From Minisyncoccota bacterium (GTDB lineage: Bacteria > Patescibacteriota > Minisyncoccia > JAHIHE01 > JAGLIN01), in assembly GCA_041661265.1 (NCBI GenBank), contig JBAZUT010000003.1, forward strand, positions 79,191-143,190: 64,000 nt of DNA, written 5' to 3'. The position numbers were made by a program, and so were the translations under genes. Within the stretch, counting starts at the first letter, position 1; each line of letters begins with the position of its first letter. The notes beneath the pieces were generated by a model. That model saw only the letters and a list, made by a program, of their open reading frames with translations. It was not told the DNA's origin and did not search any database. Below, piece by piece: positions 43,082-53,372 of the stretch.

Positions 43082-43930
43082 ATGAACAAACAATTATCAA
43101 AATTACTTCTCGTGGCGATGTTGTCGCTTGTTATAACTCCAAGCGTACATGCCGGAACCCTGAAAGATATCGACGATAGAGCAAAAGTAAATTATGAGCA
43201 AGCCAGACAGACATATCTTAGCGAAGTCGCAGCCTACAAACAGGCACGGCTGGACCTTCAAACAGCGAAACTAAAATTGGCAAGATTTAAAACAGTTGAG
43301 AACAAGGCCGCCTACAAAAGCTCCGTGCAGAAGTTCCTTTCAAACTCTGTTTCTGCGCTCATCAAATATCTCGAAGCATTGGAAAATAAGGCGTCAAACG
43401 TCCGAGGAATATCAGAGACCGAAAGAGCGGACATAATCGCTTATATCGATGTTGATATAAATTGGCTCAAGGAGAGGCAAACTGCCCTTTCCGGAACGCT
43501 TACGGACGAGCAGCTGAAAAGCGAAGCGATTTTGATCCGCGATTATTGGAAAAATATAAAAACCACTTTCAAAAAAGGAGTTGCGGATATCTGGATCGCA
43601 CGAGTTAATTATGTCATTTCAAGAGCCGAAGAATTATCGACGAAGGTATCGGATAAGATCGAAGAGCTCAAAGCCGAAGGAACAGATACGGCCGAATTAG
43701 AGGGATGGCTGGCCGACCTGAATTCAAGCATAGCATCAGCAAAGGATAAAGTTGCGCTCGCAAAGGAAAAAAGACAGAACATCAGCGATGTTAATTTCGA
43801 TCAGATGGTGGCGGAAATACACAGATTCGTCAAAGATGCGAATCAATATATAGTAAAATCCCATGCCAGCCTCGTAGAGATCGTCCAGGAAATGAAAAAA
43901 ATATCTGGAACGGGAGAAGCCAATCAATAG
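43082..43930 (+). CDS. secreted alpha-helical/coiled-coil protein
   Basis: Signal peptide ending VHA, heptad-rich. Confidence 0.8.
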   Translation: MNKQLSKLLLVAMLSLVITPSVHAGTLKDIDDRAKVNYEQARQTYLSEVAAYKQARLDLQTAKLKLARFKTVENKAAYKSSVQKFLSNSVSALIKYLEALENKASNVRGISETERADIIAYIDVDINWLKERQTALSGTLTDEQLKSEAILIRDYWKNIKTTFKKGVADIWIARVNYVISRAEELSTKVSDKIEELKAEGTDTAELEGWLADLNSSIASAKDKVALAKEKRQNISDVNFDQMVAEIHRFVKDANQYIVKSHASLVEIVQEMKKISGTGEANQ

Positions 43931-44027
43931 ATGTCACGAAAAACAAAGCACTTCAAATATGCTTTGTTTTTTATTGAATTTAGGTTATAATTTAAAATAT
44001 ATGAGAGGCTGCCTGATAAGTTCATAC

Positions 44028-45590
44028 ATGAATATAAATATACTAAAAAAACTGAAACAATGGAGAGATGAGACTGCAAAGAAAGAAGGCGTTGAAAATT
44101 ACCGCGTGATCCCCAACAGCGCCATCGAGGAAATTGCAAGGTTGCTGCCAAGGTCCAAAGAAGAGCTCACCAACATAAAAGGCATCAAGGATAAAAAGTT
44201 CTATAAATACGGCCGCGACATATTCGACATAATCGGAGATTCAAAAGACGGACTCGGTAATTCAAGGGACGCTTCCGGAAATATATTCTCAAAATTCCTA
44301 TCCGATAATTCAGTTTCCGCAGATCGTTCGACAACTGATCAGGAAAAAATATATTCCGTAAGCAATTATCTTGATTTTCTGAACGAAAAACTTTTCATGT
44401 CGGGACGCATCAGGATCAGAGGAGAGATTACGAGCGTCGATATCAGAGAAAAGGTTGTCTACTTCAGCTTGAAGGACGCAAAAGACGAAAGCGTTATAAA
44501 CTGCCTAATATTCAAGTATAACTACAAGATTTCCGGAATATCACTTGAGCCCGGAGCTGAGGTTGTTATCACCTCGATCCCGGAGATATATAAACCTATG
44601 GGAAGACTGAGCCTGAAAACCAGTCTTATCGAAATAGCAGGCGAGGGGACTCTCAAAAGATCGTATGACGAATTGAAAGCAAAATTGGAAAAAGAAGGAT
44701 TTTTTGCGCCGGAACGCAAGAAACCGATCCCGAAACTTCCTGAAACGATAGGCCTTATAACCTCGAACCAGGGCGCCGCGATCGGTGATTTCATGACGAA
44801 TATCGGAAATTACGGATTTAAAATAAAATTCATAAATACCAGCGTTGAGGGCAAGCAGGCGATCTTTGATCTTCTTAATGCGATCAGAACTGCACGAAAA
44901 ATGGACAACATCGACGTTCTGGCGATCGTCAGAGGCGGAGGAAGCCTGGAGAGCCTTCAGGCATTTAACAATGAAGTTCTTGTCAGGGAATTGCTCACGT
45001 TGGATGTGCCGGTCGTGTGCGGAGTGGGCCATGAAAAAGACATTTCGCTCGTTTCTCTGGCTTCGGATGTTTCAGTTTCGACGCCGACTGCAGCGGCATT
45101 TGCAATACGCGAATCGTGGGATGATGCAATGCGGGAATTCGAATATGCAAAAGATACGATCATGAACTCCTATGGCAAAATACTGTTTGAGAATAAATAT
45201 AATTTTGAGAATAATATACGATATGGGATCCGAGGCGGACTGGATAAGATAGTTGTCACATTCATGGGAATAATATCCGCCATAAGGTCATGCGAACAAA
45301 AAATATCTTCTGCGATCTCGCTGAAGAAGGAACGCATGGATTCTCTCGGAAAAGACATCATCAACGAATATGAAAAGGTCTTGCGACGCTCGGATGAGAT
45401 GATCAGGGCAGCGGAATCTGCTGTCGCTTCAAATGACCCGAAGCGCCAGCTCCGTCTCGGCTATAGCATTTCCTATGCGGGCGGAAAGATCTTGCGCAGC
45501 GTTAAAGATGTTTCAAAAAATGACATCATAAGAACCAGACTATCCGACGGAACAATTGACTCGACAATCAAAGATATAACGGATGATTAA
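44028..45590 (+). CDS. xseA: exodeoxyribonuclease VII large subunit with N-terminal HRDC domain
   Basis: HRDC (LKQWRDETAKKEGV..Y.V...IKGI..KK..KYG); YFSLKD, RGGGS, GVGHEKD, STPTAAA, GYSI. Confidence 0.92.
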   Translation: MNINILKKLKQWRDETAKKEGVENYRVIPNSAIEEIARLLPRSKEELTNIKGIKDKKFYKYGRDIFDIIGDSKDGLGNSRDASGNIFSKFLSDNSVSADRSTTDQEKIYSVSNYLDFLNEKLFMSGRIRIRGEITSVDIREKVVYFSLKDAKDESVINCLIFKYNYKISGISLEPGAEVVITSIPEIYKPMGRLSLKTSLIEIAGEGTLKRSYDELKAKLEKEGFFAPERKKPIPKLPETIGLITSNQGAAIGDFMTNIGNYGFKIKFINTSVEGKQAIFDLLNAIRTARKMDNIDVLAIVRGGGSLESLQAFNNEVLVRELLTLDVPVVCGVGHEKDISLVSLASDVSVSTPTAAAFAIRESWDDAMREFEYAKDTIMNSYGKILFENKYNFENNIRYGIRGGLDKIVVTFMGIISAIRSCEQKISSAISLKKERMDSLGKDIINEYEKVLRRSDEMIRAAESAVASNDPKRQLRLGYSISYAGGKILRSVKDVSKNDIIRTRLSDGTIDSTIKDITDD

Positions 45591-45606
45591 TAATTTAAAT
45601 ATTTAT

Positions 45607-45819
45607 ATGGAAAAAAATAATTTATCGGAATCTTTGAATAAACTCAATAAGATCGTTCAGTGGTTCGAATCACAGGAAAATATCGACATTGAAAAAGGCC
45701 TTGATAAGGTGAGGGAAGGCATGGCATTGATCAGATCGAGCAAGGAAAAATTCAAAAAGATCGAGAATGAATTCGAAGAGATCAAAAAAGAATTCAGCGA
45801 GATCGAAAAAAGCGAGTAA
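45607..45819 (+). CDS. xseB: exodeoxyribonuclease VII small subunit
   Basis: L..IV..FE...IDIEK.L...EGM.L pattern, downstream of xseA. Confidence 0.85.
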   Translation: MEKNNLSESLNKLNKIVQWFESQENIDIEKGLDKVREGMALIRSSKEKFKKIENEFEEIKKEFSEIEKSE

Positions 45820-45841
45820 ACCGATTAGCGAGAAACCAGTT

Positions 45842-47023
45842 ATGGCTAAAATACTAAAATTTCCGGATGGATTCAAGTGGGGCGCATCCGTGGCATCGTA
45901 TCAAGTCGAAGGCGATATCAATAATTGCGATTGGTCAGTTGATTTTCCGGCGGGAAAAGCATGCCAATATTATTCGAAATATGAAGCATATTTCGACACT
46001 GCAAAAGAATTGAACCAGAATATCCACAGATTCTCATTGGAATGGTCCCGCATACAGCCCGAAGAGGGAAGATTTGACAGATCCGAGATCGAGCATTGCA
46101 GGAAAGTTCTTATGGCGCTGAGAAAGAGGGGGATCATGTCCATGCTGACCGTCTGGCATCTGACGCTGCCCATCTGGTTCTCGAAAATGGGAGGATGGGA
46201 GAACCCAAGATCAAATGCCTATTTCCAGCAATATTTGAAATTTGCCGCCGAGGAGCTCGGAGATCTTGTGGACTATTGGATCATATTGAATGAACCCGAG
46301 ATTTATATTTCGCTTGCATACTTCCTGGGAAAATTCCCTCCGCAGCGCAGGATGAGTCCGAGATCGTTTTTTGTTTACAAAAATCTTATCAATGCTCACT
46401 GCACAGGATATGATACTATCCATGAAATAATCCCAAATGCAAAGGTCAGCTCAGCGCTGAATCTGACATATGTCGACTCATTTGAAAAGCGATCCACCTT
46501 GAACAACATATCCGCAAAGATCTGGAACAAATTCCGAAATGGATTATTTATAGATAATTTAACCGGAAAGCTGGATTTCATATCCGTTAATTACTATTTT
46601 CACGACAGGATCAGATTGGACATAAGAAGATTTCCGCATATACTCAGCGTCCAAAATGAAAATAAGAACGTTTCCGATATCGGATGGGAAATTTATCCCG
46701 AGGGTATTTATCACGTTTTAATCAACCTGAAACGTTATAATTTACCGGTTTTTATTTCGGAAAACGGACTGGCGGACAAAGAGGATGCCAAGCGGACAAA
46801 ATTCATCATAGAACATCTGAAATTCATCCATAAAGCGATCGGATCGGGAGTGGACGTGAAAGGATATCTGCATTGGTCGCTGATCGATAATTTTGAATGG
46901 ACTTTCGGCTTTACTCCGAGATTCGGCCTCGTAGAAATGAACTATGACACGATGAAGACCAGGATCAGGCCTAGCGCATACGAATATGCAAAGATCTGCA
47001 AGGAAAATGCGCTGGACGTTTGA
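45842..47023 (+). CDS. glycoside hydrolase family 1
   Basis: FKWGA...YQVEG, RFSLEWSRIQP, NEP, ISENG, WSLIDNFEW. Confidence 0.94.
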   Translation: MAKILKFPDGFKWGASVASYQVEGDINNCDWSVDFPAGKACQYYSKYEAYFDTAKELNQNIHRFSLEWSRIQPEEGRFDRSEIEHCRKVLMALRKRGIMSMLTVWHLTLPIWFSKMGGWENPRSNAYFQQYLKFAAEELGDLVDYWIILNEPEIYISLAYFLGKFPPQRRMSPRSFFVYKNLINAHCTGYDTIHEIIPNAKVSSALNLTYVDSFEKRSTLNNISAKIWNKFRNGLFIDNLTGKLDFISVNYYFHDRIRLDIRRFPHILSVQNENKNVSDIGWEIYPEGIYHVLINLKRYNLPVFISENGLADKEDAKRTKFIIEHLKFIHKAIGSGVDVKGYLHWSLIDNFEWTFGFTPRFGLVEMNYDTMKTRIRPSAYEYAKICKENALDV

Positions 47024-47085
47024 AATATATAACATAGGCCTTTATGACCTTGAGCTGAAATTTTATTTTTAAATTTTGATTTATT

Positions 47086-47991
47086 ATGTCTTGGATACTG
47101 ATAACAATATTCGCTCATCTTCTTTCTTCAGTGGCGTACATCTTCGACAAGCACATAGTTACGGACACGAAGCTCAAGCCGATCAGCTATACTTTCTATT
47201 CGGGAATATTCCAGATATCATATATAGCCCTGATCCCATTCGTCGGATTCGTCCTGCCGGAAAATCCCATGATGATCCTGCTCGGAATCGGGGACGGAGC
47301 GCTTTTCATACTTGCTCTCCTTGTATTTTATAAAGGCTTGAAACTGGGAGAAGCTTCCAGGGTAATTCCGGTGGTCGGAGCATCTATCCCCATATTTACA
47401 GCATCGCTTGCATTCATTATACTTAACGAGAACCTTGATCAAAGACAATTATTAGCGTTCGCATTCCTCGTCCTTGGCGGATCATTGATCTCCGCGAAAT
47501 TCAAATCCAGAAAACTGTACGCCATAAAAGGACTTGCACTTGCGATAACTTCCGGATTTCTGTTCGCATTATATTATACGCTGATGAAACTCCTTTATTC
47601 AAATTCTCACTTTGCCAGCGGTTTCATTCTGATACAGATCGGCGGATTCCTGGGGGCACTTCTTCTTGTCTTGATCAAAAAAAACAGGCCGGAGATATTT
47701 TCAATATCGAAGGGAAGTACGAAAAGCTCAACCAGCCTGTTTATCATTGCGAAAGTCGTCGCCGCGGTTGCTGCGCTGATGCTTAATTATGCGATTTCGA
47801 TCGAAGGGAGCAAAATAACCGTGATCAACGCCCTTCAGGCGGTTCAATATATTTTCTTGCTTATTTTCGCCTTCATTCTGGCAAAAAAAATGCCGTCTTT
47901 CCTGAATGAACAATTCTCCAGATCGATCGCGGCGCAAAAGATCGTTTCAGTATTTATCATTGCAATAGGCCTTTACTTCCTAGCTTTTTAA
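47086..47991 (+). CDS. EamA/DMT family transporter
   Basis: About 10 TM, GEASRVIP, ILNE. Confidence 0.8.
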   Translation: MSWILITIFAHLLSSVAYIFDKHIVTDTKLKPISYTFYSGIFQISYIALIPFVGFVLPENPMMILLGIGDGALFILALLVFYKGLKLGEASRVIPVVGASIPIFTASLAFIILNENLDQRQLLAFAFLVLGGSLISAKFKSRKLYAIKGLALAITSGFLFALYYTLMKLLYSNSHFASGFILIQIGGFLGALLLVLIKKNRPEIFSISKGSTKSSTSLFIIAKVVAAVAALMLNYAISIEGSKITVINALQAVQYIFLLIFAFILAKKMPSFLNEQFSRSIAAQKIVSVFIIAIGLYFLAF

Positions 47992-47996
47992 TTTTT

Positions 47997-49010
47997 ATGA
48001 AATTGAGATCCTGGTCACTGAAATTCAAACTGTTTTATGCGGCTATTGTCATTATTCTGATCCTGATAATACTATTTGCAATGCCCCGAAACGGGGGAAA
48101 TGTGACTTACGGAATAACTTATAGCAAGGATTTTGCAATTCATCTCAGCCTTGACTGGAAGGAAACGTACATTGCACTGCTCGATGATCTGGGCGTGAGG
48201 CAATTCAGGATACCGACATACTGGACTGAAACTGAAAGCGTGAAAGATTCATATTTTTTTGACGATATCGACTGGCAAATAAGCGAAGCAAAAAAAAGAA
48301 ATGCGAAGATCATTTTGAATGTGGGCCAAAAACAGCCGCGATGGCCGGAATGCCACATTCCCGACTGGGCGATGGCTCTAGGCGCCGAGAGGCGGCAGGA
48401 AGAACTTCTTGAAATGATCAAACTGACCGTGGACAGATATAAAAACAATGACACGATCTCGAGATGGCAAGTTGAGAATGAACCATATCTTCAGTTCGGC
48501 AATTGTCCCAAATTCGATGAAGATTTCCTCGACAGGGAGATCGCGCTTGTAAAATCCATTGACAATACAAGGCCCGTCATAATATCTGACAGCGGCGAAC
48601 TTGGAACATGGTATGGCGCCGGCAAACGCGCCGATATCCTTGGAACGACGCTATATAGAATAGTTTGGGATAAGTACCTCGGCTATGTGAAATATCCGAT
48701 CTCGTCGCTTGTCTACAGGATCAAGGCGGCGGTCATCATGCTCACCACGGACGTAGACAAGATCATCATCGTAGAGCTGCAGGGGGAGCCTTGGGGCCCG
48801 AAAATGATCATAGAAACGCCCATCGAGGAACAATACAGGTCAATGGGAGTCGATCAATTTAAGAATAATATAGAATTCGTCAAAAAAGTGGAATTCTCGG
48901 AAGCATATCTCTGGGGCGGAGAATGGTGGTATTGGCTGAAAACGAAACATAACGACCCGAGAATATGGGATGAAGCCAGAAACATTTTTCAAAATAATAG
49001 TCAAAAATGA
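47997..49010 (+). CDS. clan GH-A glycoside hydrolase (GH5/GH42-like), membrane-anchored
   Basis: KQPRWPECHIP, WQVENEP, ELQGEPW, YLWGGEWW. Confidence 0.75.
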   Translation: MKLRSWSLKFKLFYAAIVIILILIILFAMPRNGGNVTYGITYSKDFAIHLSLDWKETYIALLDDLGVRQFRIPTYWTETESVKDSYFFDDIDWQISEAKKRNAKIILNVGQKQPRWPECHIPDWAMALGAERRQEELLEMIKLTVDRYKNNDTISRWQVENEPYLQFGNCPKFDEDFLDREIALVKSIDNTRPVIISDSGELGTWYGAGKRADILGTTLYRIVWDKYLGYVKYPISSLVYRIKAAVIMLTTDVDKIIIVELQGEPWGPKMIIETPIEEQYRSMGVDQFKNNIEFVKKVEFSEAYLWGGEWWYWLKTKHNDPRIWDEARNIFQNNSQK

Positions 49011-49927
49011 TCAGCATATATAAAAAAACCCTCAAGGATAACCAACTTCTCAGCATCAATGACATCGAGAAAGGATGCTGGATATCAGTGACGGATCCGA
49101 GCAAGAGCGAGCTCGCAGATCTTGAAAGAAAGATGAATCTCGATGCCACCATCATGGAAGACGGCCTCGATGACAATGAAATACCGCGGATCCATCTGGA
49201 AAACGGAACATTTTATCTCATCATCAGGTTTCCAATGGAGGCGGACGGCAATATCATAACAGTGCCTCTTTTGGTTTGCGTTACAAGCGAAAACATCATT
49301 ACAATGTGCAAAAGAGAGAGCAAGGTAATCGCAAAATTCATCGAAACCAAGCTGTCTTTCTGCACTACGCAGAAAACCCAGCTTCTTTTGAAGATCATAC
49401 TTGAAATATTCGGCTGTTATGAGAACTTTCTATCCAGGATACTCAAAGATATCAAGCATAAAAAAATAAAGATCAACAATCTCAACAACAACGACATACT
49501 GTATCTTGTCCAGGAAGAAGAGACGCTGAATGATTTTGAAATGTCGCTGGCTCACAATATAAACGTATTGGAAAAGATATTGAGCGGAAGATATATAACG
49601 CTTTACGAGAAAGACAAAGATATAACCGAGGACCTGTTCATGGACAGCAAGCAGACGCTCGAAATGTCAAAAGTGGCGCTGAAATCGATCAGAAACATCC
49701 GCGAAGCATATTCGACAATACTCTCAAACGAATTGAACAAGGTTATCAAGGTCCTGACCGGGGCGACTATAGTTATAACAATTCCCAATATAGTCGGGAG
49801 CCTGTTCGGAATGAACGTTGCGGTTCCCTTCGCAAATGACAGCCTTGGCTTCTATTATATCCTGCTCATCATTGCCGTTCTTTCGCTACTCATGTATATA
49901 GTGCTTTTCAGGAGAAAGTGGATCTAA
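49007..49927 (+). CDS. corA: CorA family Mg2+ transporter
   Basis: FGMNV signature, two C-terminal TMs. Confidence 0.9.
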   Translation: MISIYKKTLKDNQLLSINDIEKGCWISVTDPSKSELADLERKMNLDATIMEDGLDDNEIPRIHLENGTFYLIIRFPMEADGNIITVPLLVCVTSENIITMCKRESKVIAKFIETKLSFCTTQKTQLLLKIILEIFGCYENFLSRILKDIKHKKIKINNLNNNDILYLVQEEETLNDFEMSLAHNINVLEKILSGRYITLYEKDKDITEDLFMDSKQTLEMSKVALKSIRNIREAYSTILSNELNKVIKVLTGATIVITIPNIVGSLFGMNVAVPFANDSLGFYYILLIIAVLSLLMYIVLFRRKWI

Positions 49928-49957
49928 AGCGACACTTTCCGCGATCCTTCGCAATAC

Positions 49958-49986
49958 TTGACTAACATTCGAATTGGATGTATCAT
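49958..49986 (+). promoter_or_regulatory. promoter of secE-nusG-rplK
   Basis: TTGACT-17 bp-TATCAT. Confidence 0.65.
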
Positions 49987-50065
49987 ACAGTTGTAGTTTG
50001 AAAATACGCATAAATAGCCCTCGGTGAGGCTGTTTTAAATTAGAGAATAATTAAATATATTGCAT

Positions 50066-50260
50066 ATGAACATAATTAAAAGCCTGAAAAACTATATAGT
50101 TGACGTGAAAACGGAAACAAGAAAAGTCAGCTGGCCGACAAAAAAAAGAGCCACCAGAGATTCCGCGATCGTTGTTTTTATAAGCGTCGCGATGGCTGTT
50201 TTTTTGGGTGGTGTAGATTATCTTCTGACATATCTCATAGAGACATATATAGTTAAATAG
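50066..50260 (+). CDS. secE: preprotein translocase subunit SecE
   Basis: ETRKVSWP, single TM, upstream of nusG. Confidence 0.93.
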   Translation: MNIIKSLKNYIVDVKTETRKVSWPTKKRATRDSAIVVFISVAMAVFLGGVDYLLTYLIETYIVK

Positions 50261-50291
50261 AACTGACTACTTTAAGTATTAAGAAAATAAT

Positions 50292-50837
50292 ATGCCAAAA
50301 CAAGTTGCTGATTTCGGAAAAAATTGGTATGTACTTCACACTTATTCGGGATATGAAGACAATGTGTGCAGGAATCTGAAACAGAGAATCGAATCGATGG
50401 GCATGGAAGATAAAATATTCAATGTTCTCGTTCCAAAAGAAAAGAAGATCAAGATCAAAAACGGAAAACGAAAAGTCATAGAAGAAAGGATATTTCCCGG
50501 CTATGTGCTCGTTGAAATGATCGTAACGGACGACTCGTGGTATGTGGTAAGAAACACGCCGAACGTTACAGGATTCGTCGGTTCAGGAACAACGCCGACT
50601 CCGATCTCCGATGAAGAAATGACCTCGCTGAAACGCAGAATGGGCGTCAAGGAGCCGAAATATAAGATAGATGTTTCTCAGGGAGACATCGTCAAGGTCA
50701 TCGACGGGCCGTTCAAAGATTTCGACGGAAAAGTCGATGCGATAGATGAAGAAAAAGGAAAGGTTAAAGTGCTGGTTCAGATGTTCGGCAGAGAAACACC
50801 CCTTGAACTGGATTTCCTTCAGATCAAGAGAATATAA
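50292..50837 (+). CDS. nusG: transcription factor NusG
   Basis: WYVLHTYSGYE, FPGYVLVEM, KOW DGPF, FGRETP. Confidence 0.98.
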   Translation: MPKQVADFGKNWYVLHTYSGYEDNVCRNLKQRIESMGMEDKIFNVLVPKEKKIKIKNGKRKVIEERIFPGYVLVEMIVTDDSWYVVRNTPNVTGFVGSGTTPTPISDEEMTSLKRRMGVKEPKYKIDVSQGDIVKVIDGPFKDFDGKVDAIDEEKGKVKVLVQMFGRETPLELDFLQIKRI

Positions 50838-50871
50838 TAAGTCGTAATAAATATTAACAACAATTAAATAT

Positions 50872-51297
50872 ATGGCAAAAAAAGTTTTAAAACAGATAAA
50901 GCTGCAGATACCGGCGGGAAAAGCGAATCCGGCGCCACCTATCGGCCCGGCATTGGGACAAGCGGGAGTCAATATCCAGGAGTTCTGCTCGAGGTTCAAC
51001 AATGAATCCAAAGATAAGATGGGAGATGTCATACCGACAATCATTACAGTATATGAGGACAGATCTTATACATTTGTCATGAAAACCCCTCCTGCATCAG
51101 GTCTTCTCAAGAAAGCCGCAGGAGTCGAGAAGGGCTCAAAAGAACCCCAGAAAGATAAAGTCGGGAAGATCACAAAGAAACAGCTGGAAGAAATTGCAAA
51201 AGTAAAAATGCAAGATCTGAATGCGAACGATCTCGAGGGTGCAATGAATACGATCGCAGGAACAGCAAGGAGCATGGGGATCAAGATCGAAGAATAA
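50872..51297 (+). CDS. rplK: 50S ribosomal protein L11
   Basis: [28 protein letters not shown]. Confidence 0.98.
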   Translation: MAKKVLKQIKLQIPAGKANPAPPIGPALGQAGVNIQEFCSRFNNESKDKMGDVIPTIITVYEDRSYTFVMKTPPASGLLKKAAGVEKGSKEPQKDKVGKITKKQLEEIAKVKMQDLNANDLEGAMNTIAGTARSMGIKIEE

Positions 51298-51314
51298 CCA
51301 GATTAATCGTAAGC

Positions 51315-51710
51315 ATGGTCATGAAGCCGCTCACAAACAAAGCAAAGGTCATAATACTGCTTATTGCTATTGCGATCATTGCAGTTGCTGTCGTATTTTA
51401 TACAAAGAATACAGCTTCTAAGAATAAGAATGACGCAAAGACGCTCATATCTTATTCAACCAGCAAAAACAGCTCGACGGTTTTTGACGCTCTTACGGAG
51501 TACGGCAAAGCCAATAACATAGAGATAAAATCAAGCATCGACAATCGGTATGGAGTATTTGTTGAAAGCATCGGCGGAATTAAAAACGGAGATGAAGGAA
51601 AATATTGGCAATACTATATCAATAACACGCTTGGCGATGTCGCCGCAGACAAAAAAGCAATAGGCAAGAACGATGTCGTCGAATGGCGATTTGAAAATGT
51701 TCCATTCTAA
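51315..51710 (+). CDS. DUF4430 (transcobalamin C-terminal-like) membrane-anchored protein
   Basis: TVFDAL, YGVFVESIGG, YWQYYIN, DVVEW. Confidence 0.8.
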   Translation: MVMKPLTNKAKVIILLIAIAIIAVAVVFYTKNTASKNKNDAKTLISYSTSKNSSTVFDALTEYGKANNIEIKSSIDNRYGVFVESIGGIKNGDEGKYWQYYINNTLGDVAADKKAIGKNDVVEWRFENVPF

Positions 51711-51730
51711 ATAAAAATAATTTGATCAAA

Positions 51731-52294
51731 ATGCTGAATATCAATGCGAAAACAAAGTTTATCTGTGCAATGATATTGATCGGCTCGGGAGTGACGGGAA
51801 GATTTTTGCTGGTAAGCTATTCCGGGATACCGAACCTTGAAATAATATCGGCACTGTCGCTCATTGCAGGAATATACATCGGCGGTGTTTATGCGGCGAT
51901 CGTTCCTATTTCAATCGTTTTTCTGAGCGATCTTGTTATCGGAAACAACTATATTTTCGTTTTTACATGGACAGCATTTGCGATCATAGGAGTATTCGGT
52001 TCTTTGTTCAAAGATAAATTCAAAAGCATAAAACTCGGCAATTCAATTGCGCTTGCGATATTATCGGCAACATTTTTCTATGTTTATACGAATTTCGGAT
52101 GGTGGCTGATGTCGGGAATGTACGAACACAGCTTGAATGGGTTGATCAGCTGTTATGCCGCAGGTCTGCCGTTTTTCAGAAACAATATTCTAGGTAATCT
52201 GATCTTCGTACCTTCTTTCATATATATGTTCCAGATGCTTTGGAAACATAGCCAAGCCGATATAGCGCTCAAAGCAATCAAGCATTATAACTAA
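51731..52294 (+). CDS. DUF6580 / ECF S-component-like membrane protein
   Basis: PNLE, SDLVIG, FFYVYTNFGWW, CYAAGLPFF. Confidence 0.75.
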   Translation: MLNINAKTKFICAMILIGSGVTGRFLLVSYSGIPNLEIISALSLIAGIYIGGVYAAIVPISIVFLSDLVIGNNYIFVFTWTAFAIIGVFGSLFKDKFKSIKLGNSIALAILSATFFYVYTNFGWWLMSGMYEHSLNGLISCYAAGLPFFRNNILGNLIFVPSFIYMFQMLWKHSQADIALKAIKHYN

Positions 52295-52607
52295 TTTATT
52301 ATGTAATACGGTCGCAAGGTTGCATTTTGAAAGAAAGACATTATGAGCCTTGAAACCATCCCGAAGCTGAGAATGTTCGGGAATGTAACAAGGAAAAGGC
52401 GCTAATATAAATGTATTAGAAAAAATACGAGGGCAGGAATGAGGAGCTGAAGACGGAAATCAACAGGATCAGAAAATTTGCCGCACTTCCTAAAAACGAG
52501 GCAAAAAAAGCGGAGTGGGAACGCAGTCCCGAGATCATACAGAGAGCATATGATCATCCGCGGGAAGAGAAATGCGATTATGAAACACGCGATATGGACG
52601 GCGATCA

Positions 52608-52636
52608 TTGATGGAAAACAATTAAGTCTTTATTAT
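52608..52636 (+). promoter_or_regulatory. promoter of rplA
   Basis: TTGATG-17 bp-TATTAT. Confidence 0.5.
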
Positions 52637-52648
52637 ATAATTAACATC

Positions 52649-52682
52649 GTGGGAGTGCCTTTAGCGGGTACGATTGAACCAC
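52649..52682 (+). promoter_or_regulatory. L1-binding autoregulatory leader
   Basis: GTGGGAG-stem-CGATTGAACCAC matches the L1 mRNA target, directly upstream of rplA. Confidence 0.75.
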
Positions 52683-52694
52683 TAATCAAACAAT

Positions 52695-53372
52695 ATGTAC
52701 AAATCAAAACGTTACAGAGAGATCAAAAAAAGAATAGACAGCGATAAGCGATATAGCCTGGACGAAGCGGTAAAGCTTTTGGTGAAAAACGCTACAGCGA
52801 AATTCAACGAAAGCGTGGAAGTCCATGTCAGAACCGGCATCGATCCAAAAATGGCAGATCAGCTTATCAGGGGAACCGTGGTTCTTCCGAACGGAACCGG
52901 CAAAGAAAAGAAAATAGCTGTGTTCGCCGAAGGGGAAAAGGCAATGGAAGCAAAACAGGCCGGAGCCGACCTGGTCGGAGGCCAGGATCTGATCGACAAG
53001 ATCAAACAGACCAAAGAAACCAATTTCGATATTTCAGTCGCAACGCCGGATATAATGAAAAAAATGGCTGTAATTGCAAAGGTCCTTGGACCGAAAGGGC
53101 TTATGCCTTCTCCGAAGACCGATACAGTCACATTCGACATCAAAAAGACGGTTGAACAGCTCAAAAAGGGCAAGATCAGCTTCAAGAACGACGATACGGG
53201 CAATATCCATCAGCTTGTCGGAAAAATATCATTCGGCGACGAGAAACTGAAGGAAAATATCGCATTCTATATCCAGGCTATCAGAGAAGCCAGACCGGCG
53301 GGAGTTAAGGGAGAATACATCAAAGATATTATCATAACCTCAACTATGGGCGCAGGCATTAAAGTAAGCTAA
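52695..53372 (+). CDS. rplA: 50S ribosomal protein L1
   Basis: KFNESVE, RGTVVLPNGTGK, LGPKGLMP, STMG. Confidence 0.98.
   Translation: MYKSKRYREIKKRIDSDKRYSLDEAVKLLVKNATAKFNESVEVHVRTGIDPKMADQLIRGTVVLPNGTGKEKKIAVFAEGEKAMEAKQAGADLVGGQDLIDKIKQTKETNFDISVATPDIMKKMAVIAKVLGPKGLMPSPKTDTVTFDIKKTVEQLKKGKISFKNDDTGNIHQLVGKISFGDEKLKENIAFYIQAIREARPAGVKGEYIKDIIITSTMGAGIKVS

Noticed and set aside
52300-52620. Cobalamin riboswitch or intact gene between the DUF6580 gene and rplA
   Set aside because: It lies downstream of the transporter genes and has no clear B12-box. The longest protein-like frame has no start codon, so it is at best a decayed remnant.
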